From positions 182,032,001 to 182,096,000 of the forward strand of contig OX597815.1 in assembly GCA_951406725.2 (NCBI GenBank): a DNA stretch of 64,000 bases. Direction: 5' to 3'. Numbering within the stretch: position 1 is the first letter of the stretch; each line of letters begins with the position of its first letter. Positions 23,956 to 37,013 of this stretch are shown here, piece by piece. A program made the translations under genes and the position numbers. Source of the stretch: Octopus vulgaris. Taxonomy: Eukaryota. The notes under the pieces are model-generated. The model had not been told where the DNA came from, did no database searches, and was given only the letters and a program-made list of their open reading frames with translations.

Positions 23956-25240
23956 GCATATATGTGATGGGCTTCTTTCAGTTTCCATCTGCCATATCCA
24001 CACACAAGGCTTTCTTCGGCCCGAGGCTATCATAGAAGACACTAGCCCAAGGTGCCACGCAGTGGGACTGAACACAGAACCATGTGGTTGGTAAGCAAGC
24101 TACTTACCACACAGTCACTTCTACATCTGAGTACCTGTTTCAAATCACAGCCTAAAGTCTAAGTGTGAATGCTTCACATGCAGCATGCAGCTGTTCCTGC
24201 AGAATCAAAGTCCATTTCTGTCACAGCTTTGCCTTCAGAGCATTGAGCTAAGCAGGAGGAGTGCTCAAGACACTCATTCCCAAAATAGATCAAACAGAAA
24301 AATCCAACGGTTTGAGATCAGGGCTTCTTGAGGGCGACACATTCTTGCTGATGGATGGTAGAATGTTTTTCTAAATCCAGTGTTAATTCTGCTTAGAGCT
24401 GTGGGATGGTGCTAAGTCCTGTTGGAGGCTCCAAGGTTCTTCTTGAAAGTGTTCATTCGCTTCCAGAAAGTTGCTAATGTATCACTGGGTGTTAATGTTA
24501 ATACCCAAGGACACAAAAACGAGGGTAGACCGTCCAGTGGCTGTCACATCCACCCAAACTGTAACTGACTGTGGATTTTGACACTGATTTCTGAGTTTAC
24601 TCTCAGCAAAGCCATGTACACACCAAAGTCGGTCATTCTGGTGGTTTACTGTCTGTTCGATGTTAAATTTCTTTCCAACAATGAACCCCCAGTTGGGTAG
24701 TGTGCCTTCAGCAATCTGGCACAGGATAAGACGACTTCTCTACAGTCTCATGGCCTAAAAAACTTGTGTGAGCTCATGACAAGAGATCACCTTATAGGGG
24801 TGTGTCCTGAGATCTTCCTTCAGCACCCGATACATTGATGTTCAACTTATTTTTGCTGTGGGAGCCAGTTTTCTGATGGAAGTTCAAGGATTTTGCCATA
24901 TCTTTTCTTTGGTACTTTTGATAAACAGAGGGGTCTGCACACTTCTTTTTTTGAACACATTCAAGTCAATCAGCAGCAGAACCATTCTCTTGAAATTTCT
25001 TGACAATTTTCCAGAATGCTGTTCAGTTAACTTTTAGCTTTTTTGCTATATTACTTTCACCTCCTTTGTGGCAGGTTATGATTGTATTTTGGTTTATAGC
25101 CATTATCTAATTTATAAATCTGAATTTGTTTAGTCTGAAACAAAAAGATGCACTAAGCTTTTATAATGATGTATAATTTTCATATCTTATCACATTTATT
25201 GATAGTTATTAGCCTGAAACTTCAATTGCCTTATTTTCTG
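23512..25240 (-). mobile_element. Decayed Tc1/mariner DD37D (maT-type) transposon with nested SINE A
   Basis: PWSLQQDLAPSH...RSPDLKPLDF with 37 codons between the 2nd and 3rd D; in-frame stops; TA-cagggtgtccc end at 23512. Confidence 0.8.
23698..24128 (-). mobile_element. Full-length SINE family A
   Basis: Reverse-complement match to the 19273 copy. Confidence 0.85.
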
Positions 25241-26099
25241 TTATGTAATAGAAAAATAATCAGTTGTCATACTTTCATGTGAGATCACAGCACCAAAAGG
25301 TATTATTGGGATAAATAAATCACTTTAATTCTATGGAAAGTTTCTGCTATGAATAATGGAAATTTTTGATTAATGTCTATTTTGAAAAGAAATTCAAATA
25401 AAATAATATCCACATCACATTCTACATATAAATAAGACTAGTGATGCTAAAAACTATTTTTTATATGTTTCATAAGCAACATATATCTATAAGAAAAATG
25501 TAAACCATAATTATATAGTTCTCACTTAAGAAACATCTTGGAAAATTATTCAAGTCATTAGGCCATCTCTTCATTTGTTATTGATATAAATGGTAACGCT
25601 TATTAGATTATTCAGCAGAAAATTTCCAAACTGCAGTAAATATAGAAAACTTTTACTATTACTGCTGCTGTTGGTGATGATGTGGTGTTGATGGTAGTGA
25701 TGGCAATGATGAAAGCTAACTCTAGAATCACTTCAATCCATAAGGTTCTGCTGCAAGACATTTTGATAATCTTCAATTATGTTGCCATAATTTTTTTTTC
25801 CTTTTTTTTTTTAAAGAGACTGCTTTGGTTTCCTCAATTTCCATATATTACAACATAACTGTTTACCAATTTATATTCACAATTCCTATTTATAGAGATC
25901 CGTATCTTCAAACAATTTTTGATTACAATCAAAATCTGATGTTAGAAGTGTGTTAGATTTACATTTCCTACTTTGGTTATCTATCTATTGTCATTCATTG
26001 GTACAGTCAAAGTTACCATTTCATTTCCAGCTGTTACAAACTGTCATTTCATGCTGAATTCCTTATGAATAACTTGATGTTGCTACAGATCCTGTTTGT

Positions 26100-26528
26100 T
26101 ATGATCATAATGACCAGCATCACCTTACTGGCACTCAAGGCCCGTGCTAGTAGGGTATTAAGAGCACCATCCAAGCGTGATCATTGCCAGAGCGGCTATC
26201 TGGCCTCCGTGCCGGTGGCACGTAAAAGACACCATTCGAGCGAGATCGTTACCAGTCTCGCCTTGCTGGTACCTGTGCTGATGGCATGTGTAAAAAATTC
26301 GAGTGAGGTCGTTGCCAGTACCGCCTGACTGGCCCCATGCCGGTGGCACGTAAAAAGCGCCCACTCCACTCTTGGAGTGGTTGGCATTAGGAAGGGCATC
26401 CAGCTGTAGAAACTTTGCCAAATCAAGATTGGAGCCTGGTGCAACCATCTGGTTCACCAGCCCTGAGTCATTCGTCCAACCCATGCTAGCATGGAAAACG
26501 GATGTTAAACGATGATGATGATGATGAT
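26100..26528 (+). mobile_element. RTE LINE 3'UTR (family C)
   Basis: Tandem units, core and (GAT)n tail. Confidence 0.8.
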
Positions 26529-26660
26529 AATGGTAAATGCAAGTTGTTTTAATATAGATGTTAATAATTTTTTCGAAATTTGGTACAATGCTAGTAATAC
26601 TCGAGGGAAGAAGAACTAGACAATGCCAGCAACCCCAACAGAGTACTAGTACTTTATTTT

Positions 26661-26970
26661 GTTGTTGTTTGTTCCGTCGTGAGCCATGCCTGGCTCATAA
26701 CAGCCAGTTTCCCAGTTTTGTTGGCATATAGCTTCCCCACCTGGATGGGATGCCAGTCTCTCACAGGTGAGCTGCTAGATGCAGGAGGAGGTAAGAGTGA
26801 GAGAAAGTTATGGCAAAAGAGTCAGCAGAAGTTCACCATTATCTGCTGCTGGAGCTGCATGGAGCTTAGGTGTTTCGCTCATAAACACAGACATCGCCCA
26901 GTCTACAATTCGAACCGGCAATTCCTCGACTGCGAGCCTGCTGCTCTAACCACCAGGCCATGTGCCTCCA
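26661..26970 (-). mobile_element. Third tRNA-derived SINE family
   Basis: Minus strand tggcctggtgg A box, ggttcgaatt B box, (CAA)n tail. Confidence 0.7.
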
Positions 26971-27063
26971 TACTTTATTTTATGAACACTGAAAAGATGA
27001 AAGGCAAAGTTTATCTTTCAGTATTTGAATTCAGAAGAGAAAGAGACAGAACAAACATCTCAA

Positions 27064-27290
27064 GTACATTATTTACATTTGACGATTATTTGTTCTCATC
27101 TTGTTTGTTGTTAACACAGATTTTCGGCTGATATACCCTCCAGCCTTCATCAGGTGTTTTGGGGAAAAATTTGAATCTCGGTTCTCATTCCTAAGGCATA
27201 TGGCGTAGTGGTTTTAAGAGCACGGGCTACTAACCCAAGATTCCGAGTTCAATTCCAGGCAGTTGCCTGAATAAAAAATATAATAAAAAT

Positions 27291-27331
<41 letters not shown>

Positions 27332-27412
27332 TGATAATAATAATAATAATAATAACATCGAAAAAATACCTTAGGAATCAGAACCCGGGGTCGAAATTTC
27401 TTCAAGACTCCT
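27064..27412. mobile_element. Family E: inverted hammerhead arm joined to an intact tRNA head
   Basis: Minus arm 27064-27194; plus head from 27195 with A box tggcgtagtgg and B box gttcaattcc. Confidence 0.8.
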
Positions 27413-28909
27413 AATAAAAGCCTCCCACCTCCCACCTCAAGCCAAAGGTTTGATAGCCTTAAATTACAATATGGCTTCGTGTACAATTTTCTTTGTATTC
27501 TCATACCAATCTCTCTTAGTTAACTTCTATAAAGAAAAAAAAGTAAAGTAATTCAGAAAACTATTTATATGTCATGCCTCTATATTAAGAATAGCTTGAG
27601 CCAAAGAGGGAGCCACTGTGGTCATTCAGTCTGCAAGAAATAACAGCCAAATCACCCTCAAATAACACTTTTTCTTAAAAATGGAGGCATTGAAAACTGC
27701 TGTTCAAAGTACAGTATAGTTGAATGATAGTTCGTGATATTTATCATTACAGATTTGCTTAATCCAAGGAAAGTTGGAGCTTAACAGTTACTAAGATATC
27801 ACTCATTGTACTATCTTTTACAACTAGAAAAATAAACAGCCCTGTAAAACAAAAAAAGAAACTGTATACATAAAAGGCTAAAATAAAAATATGAAAATAT
27901 ATTGTTAAAGTACAAACTTTATAGTAGAACTAATGAATAAGGTACATAAGCTGTGTTCTTTGCACGTGTGTGGTTGTATATTGTCTTGTTCGTAAACATT
28001 GAAAAACATGTAAAATCTATTAATCGCTGTGATTAAGGTTTTAGGTTGTGCATATATGAAAGTCATTAATATCCTGAACATGTTGAAAATCAGAATGAAT
28101 TGTTTCATTTCAAATACATTTTCAATCATGAAAATATACTTGTAATTCAATTTTATTTTTTTCTCATTTTTCTTTCTGCTTCCACCGAATGCTCTCTCAG
28201 CCCCGCTCCTGCCATAAATGTGTTTGTATAAGTGTGTGAGTTTGTTTCTAAATCCAAACTTTTAAATAGAAAATCCTGATATTTTTTATGTTTTATCTAC
28301 ATCTCTTACTCAAGTAATTCCTTTTAAAATCCTATTTGGATTCAGATTCAACTTGGTTAAGTTTTTCTTCCATTGTAACCATTTCCAAGATAAAAACGGA
28401 GAAAAAAATAAGCTGTTTTAGCAGAGCTTGACACAGATTTTGTAAAACTTATTTAAAGATTAGGTTATGCACTATTTCTAATTTTCAATATATATTTTTT
28501 CATTTTCTTTTAATTGTGAGAAAAAAAAAGTCTAGTTATTTTCATGTGTATATAATCTCTTTGAAAATGAGTGAATGATTGAAGTAAAAGAATATACAAT
28601 GTTAATAGGATGAAGATTTCAATAAAAATGAATGCAATGATATAGCAATTCTGGGTGAGAACTTTAATCTTATAACCTGCCACGCATTAAAAATAGACAC
28701 GAACAGCTTCTGCGTGGCTGCTCAATTTGCTTTAAATAGTGAGAAAATCTTTTTCAGGTCATACCCTACTGTCTTACATTCGGAGGAATGGACACTTTGT
28801 ATAATGTAGTCCTAGATACACTGTGTCTAAAAAACAAAAGAAAAGGATGGTCACAATAATCAGGAACTAATATATGAAGGAAAGTGAAAAATTATCTGCA
28901 TTTTCACTT

Positions 28910-29485
28910 AGAGGGTTGGCAAAAAGGAATCCGATAGAATAAGTACTCGGTCTAAAAAATTTCACAACTGGGGTCAGTTCCTCTCTCTCTTTCGGAGAGG
29001 CACAAGCACCTACACGCACATATACACACACGGCAGTAACTACCACCTACCGAATTCAATCACAAAGCTCCGGTCAGCTCGGGGCTATAGTGAAAGACAC
29101 CTACCCAAAGTGCCACGCAGTGGGACTGAACCCGAAACCATGTAGCTAGGAAGCAAGCTCCCTAACCACACAGCCATAAAATTTTTTCTACGCAGGGACC
29201 CAGTATGGCCACAGTGTAAAGGCTGAAACAAATAGGGAATTATATATATGTGTGTATGTGTGTGTGTGTGTGTGTGTTTGTGTGTCTGTCTTTGTCCCTC
29301 ACCATCGCTTGACAACCACCGGTGGCGTGTCTACATCCCTGTAACTTAGCAGTTCAGCTAAAGAGACTGATAGAATAAGTACTAGGCTTACAAAGAATAA
29401 GTCTTGAGGTCAATTTGTTCGATTAAAGGCGGTGCTCCAGCATAGCCACAGTCAAATGATTAGAACAAATAAAAGATAAAAGAAA
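28910..29485. mobile_element. Cluster of SINE A fragments on both strands
   Basis: Matches to the family A head and tail. Confidence 0.65.
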
Positions 29486-30200
29486 ATTATATATATATCA
29501 CTGGGCGAATCAAACATGCATTCTGTATAACACCTATTTGCTTTCTTCTTAAACTAATAATCATCAGTGTTTGGCCTTTTATATGTCTGTGACGCCAATA
29601 TATGCATTGTGGAAATCATTCATAGCAGCCTCATATTTTATAATATTCGATTATGGTGGAAGCTATTTTTTTGATATTACTAAAAAGTGCACTTGATTAA
29701 CAGTTGGCAGGCATTGATTATTTTCTCTCTCTTTGTGGTTCTCTATGTACGTATGCTCGCATGAATATGTATTTTGGCTGGTTATTTATGAATGGATAAT
29801 ATCATTGAAAGCTAGATTCTGTTAAAATTACCAGCCAATATGGCTGGCAAGTATGATGTTTATAAGCTGTTTTCTCGTTTCGCATTCTACGGATATTCAG
29901 TCTTTGTCAAGTATAGGACTTCAAACATGAGGAAGATATTTTTGATAACATAACAACAGCCTGTAAGTCAACAAAGATTGCGCAGATAATTATACCAGTC
30001 GTTTTGCAATATGCCAACTAAAAAGATATGAATAAAGTTTTGTTTCTACTGAAATGAACGATAATCTTTTTTCTTATTTAAGTTTGGCATTTATTGCTTT
30101 AATTCCTATTTCTCCAACCTCAATGTAGCAATATGTAAACGGCTACAACATCAACAGCAAAGGCACAGAAAAGGCTCACATGTGCACACATCCACACTAA

Positions 30201-30600
30201 TTTAAACAGACTGCCGGTTTGACCGGCAGTTTCTTGAAATAATTTCCACGTAACTAAACACTTTTAAATTTCGTATACTGGTAGAATGTGTTTATAAAAC
30301 TTCTTTTTCTCTTGGCTTTATTGAGGAAATTCTATAGTTTGTGAGATATCTGTGTGTTTTTTTTTTCAATTTCTGCAATTTCAACCAATCAATGACGTCT
30401 ATTGAGGTGAAAACCTTCTGTGCCGTATGAATATGTCCCTCGTTTAAGAAACAGATTGGGTTTATTTACATTTCTGAAGAAAAAAGATACCCTTCCCCCC
30501 ACCCCTAACCCTAACCCTAAAACAGATTGAAATGCAATAGATCGATACTAGGGTCATAATTATGGGTGACAATTTCATATGATACCGCTAGAAAAAACCG
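30201..30600. mobile_element. Helentron/HINE-like non-autonomous element containing (CCCTAA)3
   Basis: Terminal hairpin actgccgg-tttga-ccggcagt; telomere-type repeats at about 30502-30519. Confidence 0.5.
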
Positions 30601-30978
30601 AAAAGATCCAACATATGTCCTGGATATAAGTATTCTTCCCTTTATCCTTCTGCAATTTCGTGCAAACATGCAAAACCCAGGAAATTTTCTTTGTCACCTC
30701 AATGTCAACCAACAGGCCTCTCTATGAAACTGACTAATTTTATGGCAAAGGAGGGAATAACTTAGCCATCCTACCTGAAAGACTTTATGCCAGTTGGTTC
30801 ATGACAATTGTATAATATATTCACATCAAGTCGAAGGAATTGACCCTAGGACTTATTCTTTGTAAGCCTAGTACTTATTCTATAGTTCTCTTTTTTCGGA
30901 GGCGTAAACACACCAACATCGGTTGTCAAGCGATGGAGCGACACACACACAAATAAATAAATATTATATATATATATA

Positions 30979-31155
30979 GGGAGAGTTTACGAAAAAAAAA
31001 CCAAAAGACGAAGACAGGTGGTGTACAAAACAAACAGATGTATTAGTATAACACTCAGAATAGAAAAAGTCTTTTACATTTCGAGCCTACGCTCTTCTAC
31101 AGAAAGGGACACAGAAAAAACAAGGAGAGAAAAAAATGAGTGTAATGGCTAACGA

Positions 31156-31157
<2 letters not shown>
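30979..31157 (-). mobile_element. Family G element nested in the microsatellite of a SINE A
   Basis: Hammerhead-like motif at 31071-31106. Confidence 0.75.
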
Positions 31158-31232
<75 letters not shown>

Positions 31233-31839
31233 AGGTCTCAGTTTCCGTTTACCAAATCCACTCACAAGGCTTTGGTGGGCCCGAGGTTGTAAAAAATACT
31301 TACCCAAGGTGCCATGCAGTCGAACTGAACTCGGAACCATGTGCGTAGGAAGTGAGCTTCTTATAATACATACATACATACATACATACATACATACATA
31401 CATACACACGTACATACGTACGTACATACATACATACAGTATTAGAATTATTTAACAATAATGGTATTGGTTACAGGCTCCCACCAGGTTAGTTTCTGGT
31501 TATCCAAGAAGGCAACGTGTATTCTCAATGAGAAAGAGGGCTAGCACATTTGATGTCTACCTTGAATATTTTTGCGAAGCTATTCGAGAGGATTGGTGCA
31601 CTGGGGAATAAGTCCTGGATGAACTCATCAGTTTCGCATCACTTCCGATGATGACAGAGGTAAAGGGTGGAAAATCCGCAAAACATGGTGCAGAAAAACT
31701 ATCACAAGTGATCTCGTCAAAAACGGCGAGTTTATAGCTATTCAAGCTGATGTCTATCCTTGGCTAATACACGAAAGTGTAACACTATACACATACATTA
31801 TACACATTTACACAAACTACAGAGGAACCGAACTATTTG

Positions 31840-31958
31840 ACCAAGTTATGAAGTTTACGGAGCGAATAAGAGCAGCATCGATACATAACAGAGTGGACAG
31901 AGTTGAGAAGCAGTTTGGGTTCGTTTTCAGAAAAGGCACCGTACGTACAATCTTCCTA
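31840..31958 (+). mobile_element. LINE reverse-transcriptase fragment (RTE-like)
   Basis: MKFTERI...QFGFVFRKGT..IF resembles QFGF..G.GT.DAIF. Confidence 0.55.
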
Positions 31959-32372
31959 GGGCGGCGAGCTGGCAGAAACGTTAGCACGCCGGGCGAAATG
32001 CGTAGCCGTATTTCATCTGCCGTTACGTTCTGAGTTCAAATTCCGCCAAGGTCGACTTTCCTTTCATTTTTTCGAGGTCGATAAATTAAGTACCAGTTAC
32101 TCACTGGGGTCGATGTAATCGACTTAATCCGTTTGTCTGTCCTTGTTTGTTCTCTCTGTGTTTAGCCCCTTGTGGGTAATAAAGAAATACGTATTTCATC
32201 TGCCGTTACGTTCTGAGTTCAAATTCCGCCATGGTCGACTTTCCCTTCATCCTTTCGAGGTCGATAAATTAAGTACCAGTTACTCACTGGGGTCGATGTA
32301 ATCGACTTAATCCGTTTGTCTGTCCTTGTTTGTCCCCTCTGTGTGAAGCCCCTTGTGGGTAGTAAAGAAATA
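31959..32372 (+). mobile_element. SINE family B with tandem duplication of its 3' 180 bp
   Basis: 32009-32188 is repeated at 32190-32371. Confidence 0.85.
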
Positions 32373-32629
32373 GGTACATCTCCTTTTCATTAAATTCTCC
32401 CTTACATATGCATCATTGGTCACCTCTCAACCAGCCCAATTTTTACAGTTTTCACCTATTCTTCCCTATTTATCCCTCAACGCTTGTTCTCGCTCATTCC
32501 TTGTTACTAGCCATGTCTCACTCTGCCATACACTATTGTAGCAACCCTTGCTCAGTTACGCTGTTCTTCAGGCTCCACTTCTGCTCACCTCGCATCTGAA
32601 GAACACATCCTGACATCACATCACCAGTA

Positions 32630-32864
32630 CAGGCTGTTCAAAACGTCTCTCCGCAATAAGTATTTAATGGTTTTCGGGCGATTCTCGTAAACTGCTCCTT
32701 TGCTTGCTCCCCAGAAAAAAAGTCTGGTGGTGTTAAATCAGGCGATCTTGATGGCCAATGTCCCTTCCAAATAATCCGTTCACCGAAAAACTCTTGAAGT
32801 AGCGCCATGGTGATGCGCAGGATGAAAAAAAAATTCGCTGAGGAGAAACTTTTTGAAAACCCTG
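32630..32864 (-). mobile_element. Internally deleted Tc1/mariner (rosa-like)
   Basis: TA-caggctgttcaaaa...ttttgaaaaccctg-TA TIRs; encodes LLQEFFGERII..HWPSRSPDLTPPDFF. Confidence 0.8.
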
Positions 32865-33455
32865 TATTTCCATCTCTTTGCCGTTTCACTCCTCTCACTT
32901 CTGCTCGAATTATAGGAATAATATGAGTAACCGTGAACTTTTTCTACAACAAAAAAGCTTTTCCTGTTCCTCCCTTCTCTCGCACTTAAACTTATCATCT
33001 CCTAACATAAGGTCACCTTCTTCTCTAGTTTAACCTCCTTCGGTCTAAAAGAATTCATATTTATGCGTCATTGTATTTCACAATTATTCGAAATATTTTT
33101 CCTCAGCCCAAATTATCATAAAAAACAAAACAAAAGAAAATTATATCGAAAATTGCATTTATATTGCATTCAAATTTCTATTTGAGTTGGTGCATGATAA
33201 TAATTTGATGGTTTTACAACCACAAATTGGTCTCATAAGCCAATTCTAAAACCATATTACGTCTGGACGATATGACAGTAAGATTGAATTTTCAAGGATA
33301 TAGTTGGCTGATTGCTATTAACGTGTCAGAGAAATTGTTATTAATCTGTCGTGAATGTTAATGAATGTTGAGTCTTCTTACTAAGCTATAAACTGTGCTT
33401 GTTAGTTCTGTGTTCCACTTAAATTGGAATTGTGGACAAAAAAAAAAAAAACGCT

Positions 33456-34048
33456 CGCAGGAGTGGCTGTGTGGTAAGTAGCTTGCTAACCAACCACATG
33501 GTTCCGGGTTCAGTCCCACTGCGTGGCATCTTGGGCAAGTGTCTTCTGCTATAGCCCCGGGCCGACCAATGCCTTGTGAGTGGATTTGTTAGACGGGAAC
33601 TGAAAGAAGCCTGTCGTATATATATATATATATATATAACGGGAAGCTTTATGAAGATAGACAAAAGACGAAGGCAGGTGGAAAACAAACGAACAATTGT
33701 ATTAGTATGGCGCTCAGGAAATATAAATAAAACAAGTCTTTAACGTTTCGAGCCTACACTTTTCAACAGAAAGATACATAGAGAGAAAAAAAACACAGAA
33801 AGAAGGAGAGAAAAAAAAAATATATGTATGTGTGTGTCTGTGTTTGTCCCCCTAGCATTGCTTGACAACCGATGCTGGTGTGTTTACTTAGCGGTTCGGC
33901 AAAAAGAGACTGATAGAATAAGTACTGGGCTTACAAGGAATAAGTTCCGGGGTCGATTTGCTCGACTAAAGGCGGTGTTCCAGCATGGCCGCAGTCAAAT
34001 GACTGAAACAAGTAAAAGAGTAAAAAGAGTAAAGGAGTAAAAGAGAGT
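33456..34048 (+). mobile_element. Full-length SINE A with a nested family G variant (33640-33820, CUGUUGA core)
   Basis: Family A head and tail; the insert sits in (TA)n. Confidence 0.8.
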
Positions 34049-34370
34049 ACTACAAACTGGCAGGAATCTCTAACGCTTCATTTTGGTTTACGTAATTTCA
34101 GCTCTGTTTTTAGAGCCACTGCTTAATCTCTGTCTGTTTCTCGTTTTCTGACATATTGTATTGAAAAAGACTCTTCAGATTGAATACTAAAAATTACTAC
34201 AGCACGAATTTTTCTTTTCCTCACCCGCCCACTCAAAATCTGTTCCAAAAGAAACCGAATTTTGAATATGGCGCCCCAGTGCCAATTCATCATCCTTGCA
34301 ACTGTACTACGACATGGAGGTAAACTTGACCTACAATCTACTAGAAAACATCACCTCCAGATCATTTACT

Positions 34371-34449
34371 CATCATCCTACATGTTCTACATCATGTCCT
34401 ACATCATCCTACATGTTCTACATGTCCTACATCATCCTACATGTTCTAC
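34371..34449 (+). repeat. Minisatellite (catcatcctacatgttcta-like)
   Basis: Visible tandem units. Confidence 0.8.
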
Positions 34450-34452
34450 GAA

Positions 34453-34507
<55 letters not shown>

Positions 34508-34735
34508 TATATATATATAAGCTATTTCTTCTACTATAAGAAGAATCTCAGTAGAAGAAATATCTAAATTCTTTGGTTGCTATTTCTAAAATTTCGGTAT
34601 GTGGCAAAGCAAATTTTTTTGCTGAACCCTAATTATATAAAGTAATGTTTAAATTTACCGTAAATGGTCCTTTTAACATACTGAACACTGTTTGGTAAAA
34701 TTATTAATTACTAATTAATTAATTAATTTTACCCT

Positions 34736-34791
<56 letters not shown>

Positions 34792-34937
34792 AAGAAGAAT
34801 ACAGTGTATATTCGAACACATAAGAGATACCCCAAAAATAGGATATCTGACTCACTAGAAAGAGCAGTTAAACTCTAAGCCACTAACTGCTATAATTCCG
34901 AAAGTGATTGAAAAATATAAACTTTTACCTTAATTAT

Positions 34938-35024
34938 CCTAGACCCTGCAAGGTTTCTGCAGACTTAAATACAGATTGAAATAAAATTATTTCAATCTAT
35001 ATCTGGCGCTGCTTCTTCAGTAGG
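34938..35024 (-). ncRNA. Type I hammerhead with long stem II (relative of the 7471 motif)
   Basis: ccta-CTGAAGA-a gcag...agatatagattgaaata/tatttcaatctgtattt...ctgc a-GAAAC-CTTGCAGG-GTC-tagg. Confidence 0.75.
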
Positions 35025-35126
35025 TTGCCAGGACCGAACACATAGATACAGAGCGGTAAATAGCCACGTGTCCTATACGCTCTCATTTTTCGAATCCTCC
35101 GCGCAAATGCAGAACTTACTGGCAGT

Positions 35127-35160
<34 letters not shown>

Positions 35161-35316
35161 TGTATGTATGTATGTATGTATGTATGTATTTATTTAGTGC
35201 CCCTGGTGATTTGTCGTAAATTGAACATCGTAGGATTTAGAAGGGCAATGTATTTGTGTGAAATTCTGCTTCAAATTGGTGGGTGGGAGTTTACGGATAC
35301 CTTTCAAATACCTATA

Positions 35317-35423
<107 letters not shown>

Positions 35424-35517
35424 GGGGGGGGGAGAGTTCACGAAATAAACAAAAGACGAAGAAAGGTGGTGTACAAAGCAAACATATGTATTAGTATAAC
35501 ACTCAGGAATTGACAGT

Positions 35518-35553
35518 CTTTTACGTTTCGAGCCTACGCTCTTCTACAGAAAG
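35518..35553 (-). ncRNA. Hammerhead-like motif with CUGUAGA core (family G, element about 35430-35570)
   Basis: cttt-CTGTAGA-a GAGC gtag GCTC-GAAAC-GTA-aaag. Confidence 0.65.
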
Positions 35554-36744
35554 GGACACAGAAAAGACATATGGTGAAAATTGTTTGGGCTTTACGTAAT
35601 GTTAAAACTGGTGGCAGTCAGTGTTTTAAATCAACCACCAAAGACGATGCCAAATCTGGACGATCTCCTAGGATAACAAATAATATCCACATACCATAAA
35701 ACATGCTATCATCATTGAAAATCATTTAAGGGTTAATGAAGTTTCTGAAGAAATGGGTATCTTTAAACGTTTCTGTCACATTATTGTAAAAGAAAAATTG
35801 GGAAGACTTCCTTTTGTACCCACTCCATAATTTTTTTTTAAATATTACCCATGGTAATATTACATAATATTACATAATACAGAAATGAAGTTCTTGTAAT
35901 AGAAATTCTGAATTTTTATGGCCCATCATTATTGTTATAAGAAATGGTAAGAAATCAATTTTCCATCGTGTGTAATATTAAAAAAATAACTTAATGGGGA
36001 TGGGTATAAAAAAAAGTCTTTATGGAAAATTAAAGATGCACCTTTTTCTTTTTCTGCTGTATTTGGTAACAGTGGAACAGAAGCGGAACAGTGTATAGTG
36101 GCTGTCTTTGGCTGTTCAAGTGGGTGTTATTAAATGGAAAAACAGTTTGTATGAATCACCATAAAACATTTTTGTGTATAAATATATTGTTTATTCTGTG
36201 TTCATCTTTTTGTATGTTTACATACAAAGTGATTGTCCTGAAGAGTGGGATCTGCAATGATGCGAACAAAATATTGCTCTCCCGAGCCGCCCAAAAGTTA
36301 AAACGATGTTCACCTTTCCGATAAGAAGCTATTCAATATAACTTCGTTCCGTGTGGTCAAATGATCGAAGATCTACCTGGTTGTCCATAGGCATTTTAAG
36401 GAACTGATAAGGGGCTTGGATCATGGAGCTGTAAACTGCATCATCTGTAAACTGCAGCACCTGTAAACTGCATCACGACAACGTACGTGCTAACGTGGTT
36501 CACTTTATTTGTGAAGAGTTTGCAAAACATTTACTATATCTCATCTCACGATCATTCTACTCTGCAGGTTTGGTTCCTGTAGACTATGATTTCCTCGAGT
36601 TCAAACCAACTCCGAAACGTTGCCCATTTCACATGATTTATGACACCAAAAATTCCCCAGGAGAGCTGCACACTACCTAAGAAAACGCATTCTAACGAAA
36701 CTGGCAAAACTTTTGGAAACGATGTATGAACATTCGAAGGAACT

Positions 36745-36967
36745 GTTCTATATTTAAGAGATGAGGAATTATGTACATTATTTACATTATTTACATTTGA
36801 CGGATATTTGTCCTCATCTTGTTTGTTGTTAGCACAACGTTTCGGTTGATACACCCTCCAGCTTTCATCAGGTGTCTTGGGATAATTTCGAACATAGGTT
36901 CTCATTCCTAAGGTATTTTTCGATGTTATTATTATTATTATTATTATTATTGAGTGAGAGAGCAGTG

Positions 36968-37013
<46 letters not shown>

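Noticed and set aside
31572-31640. Minus-strand CTGATGA with a tgcgaa/ttcgca stem
   Set aside because: GAAA and the NUH site are not intact (GAATAGC); at best a decayed motif.
34120-34186. Minus-strand CTGAAGA...GAAAC
   Set aside because: No stem III or cleavage triplet.
36230-36292. CTGAAGA followed by a ggga..gcaat/attgc..tccc hairpin
   Set aside because: Truncated before GAAA by mariner sequence, so it cannot be called.
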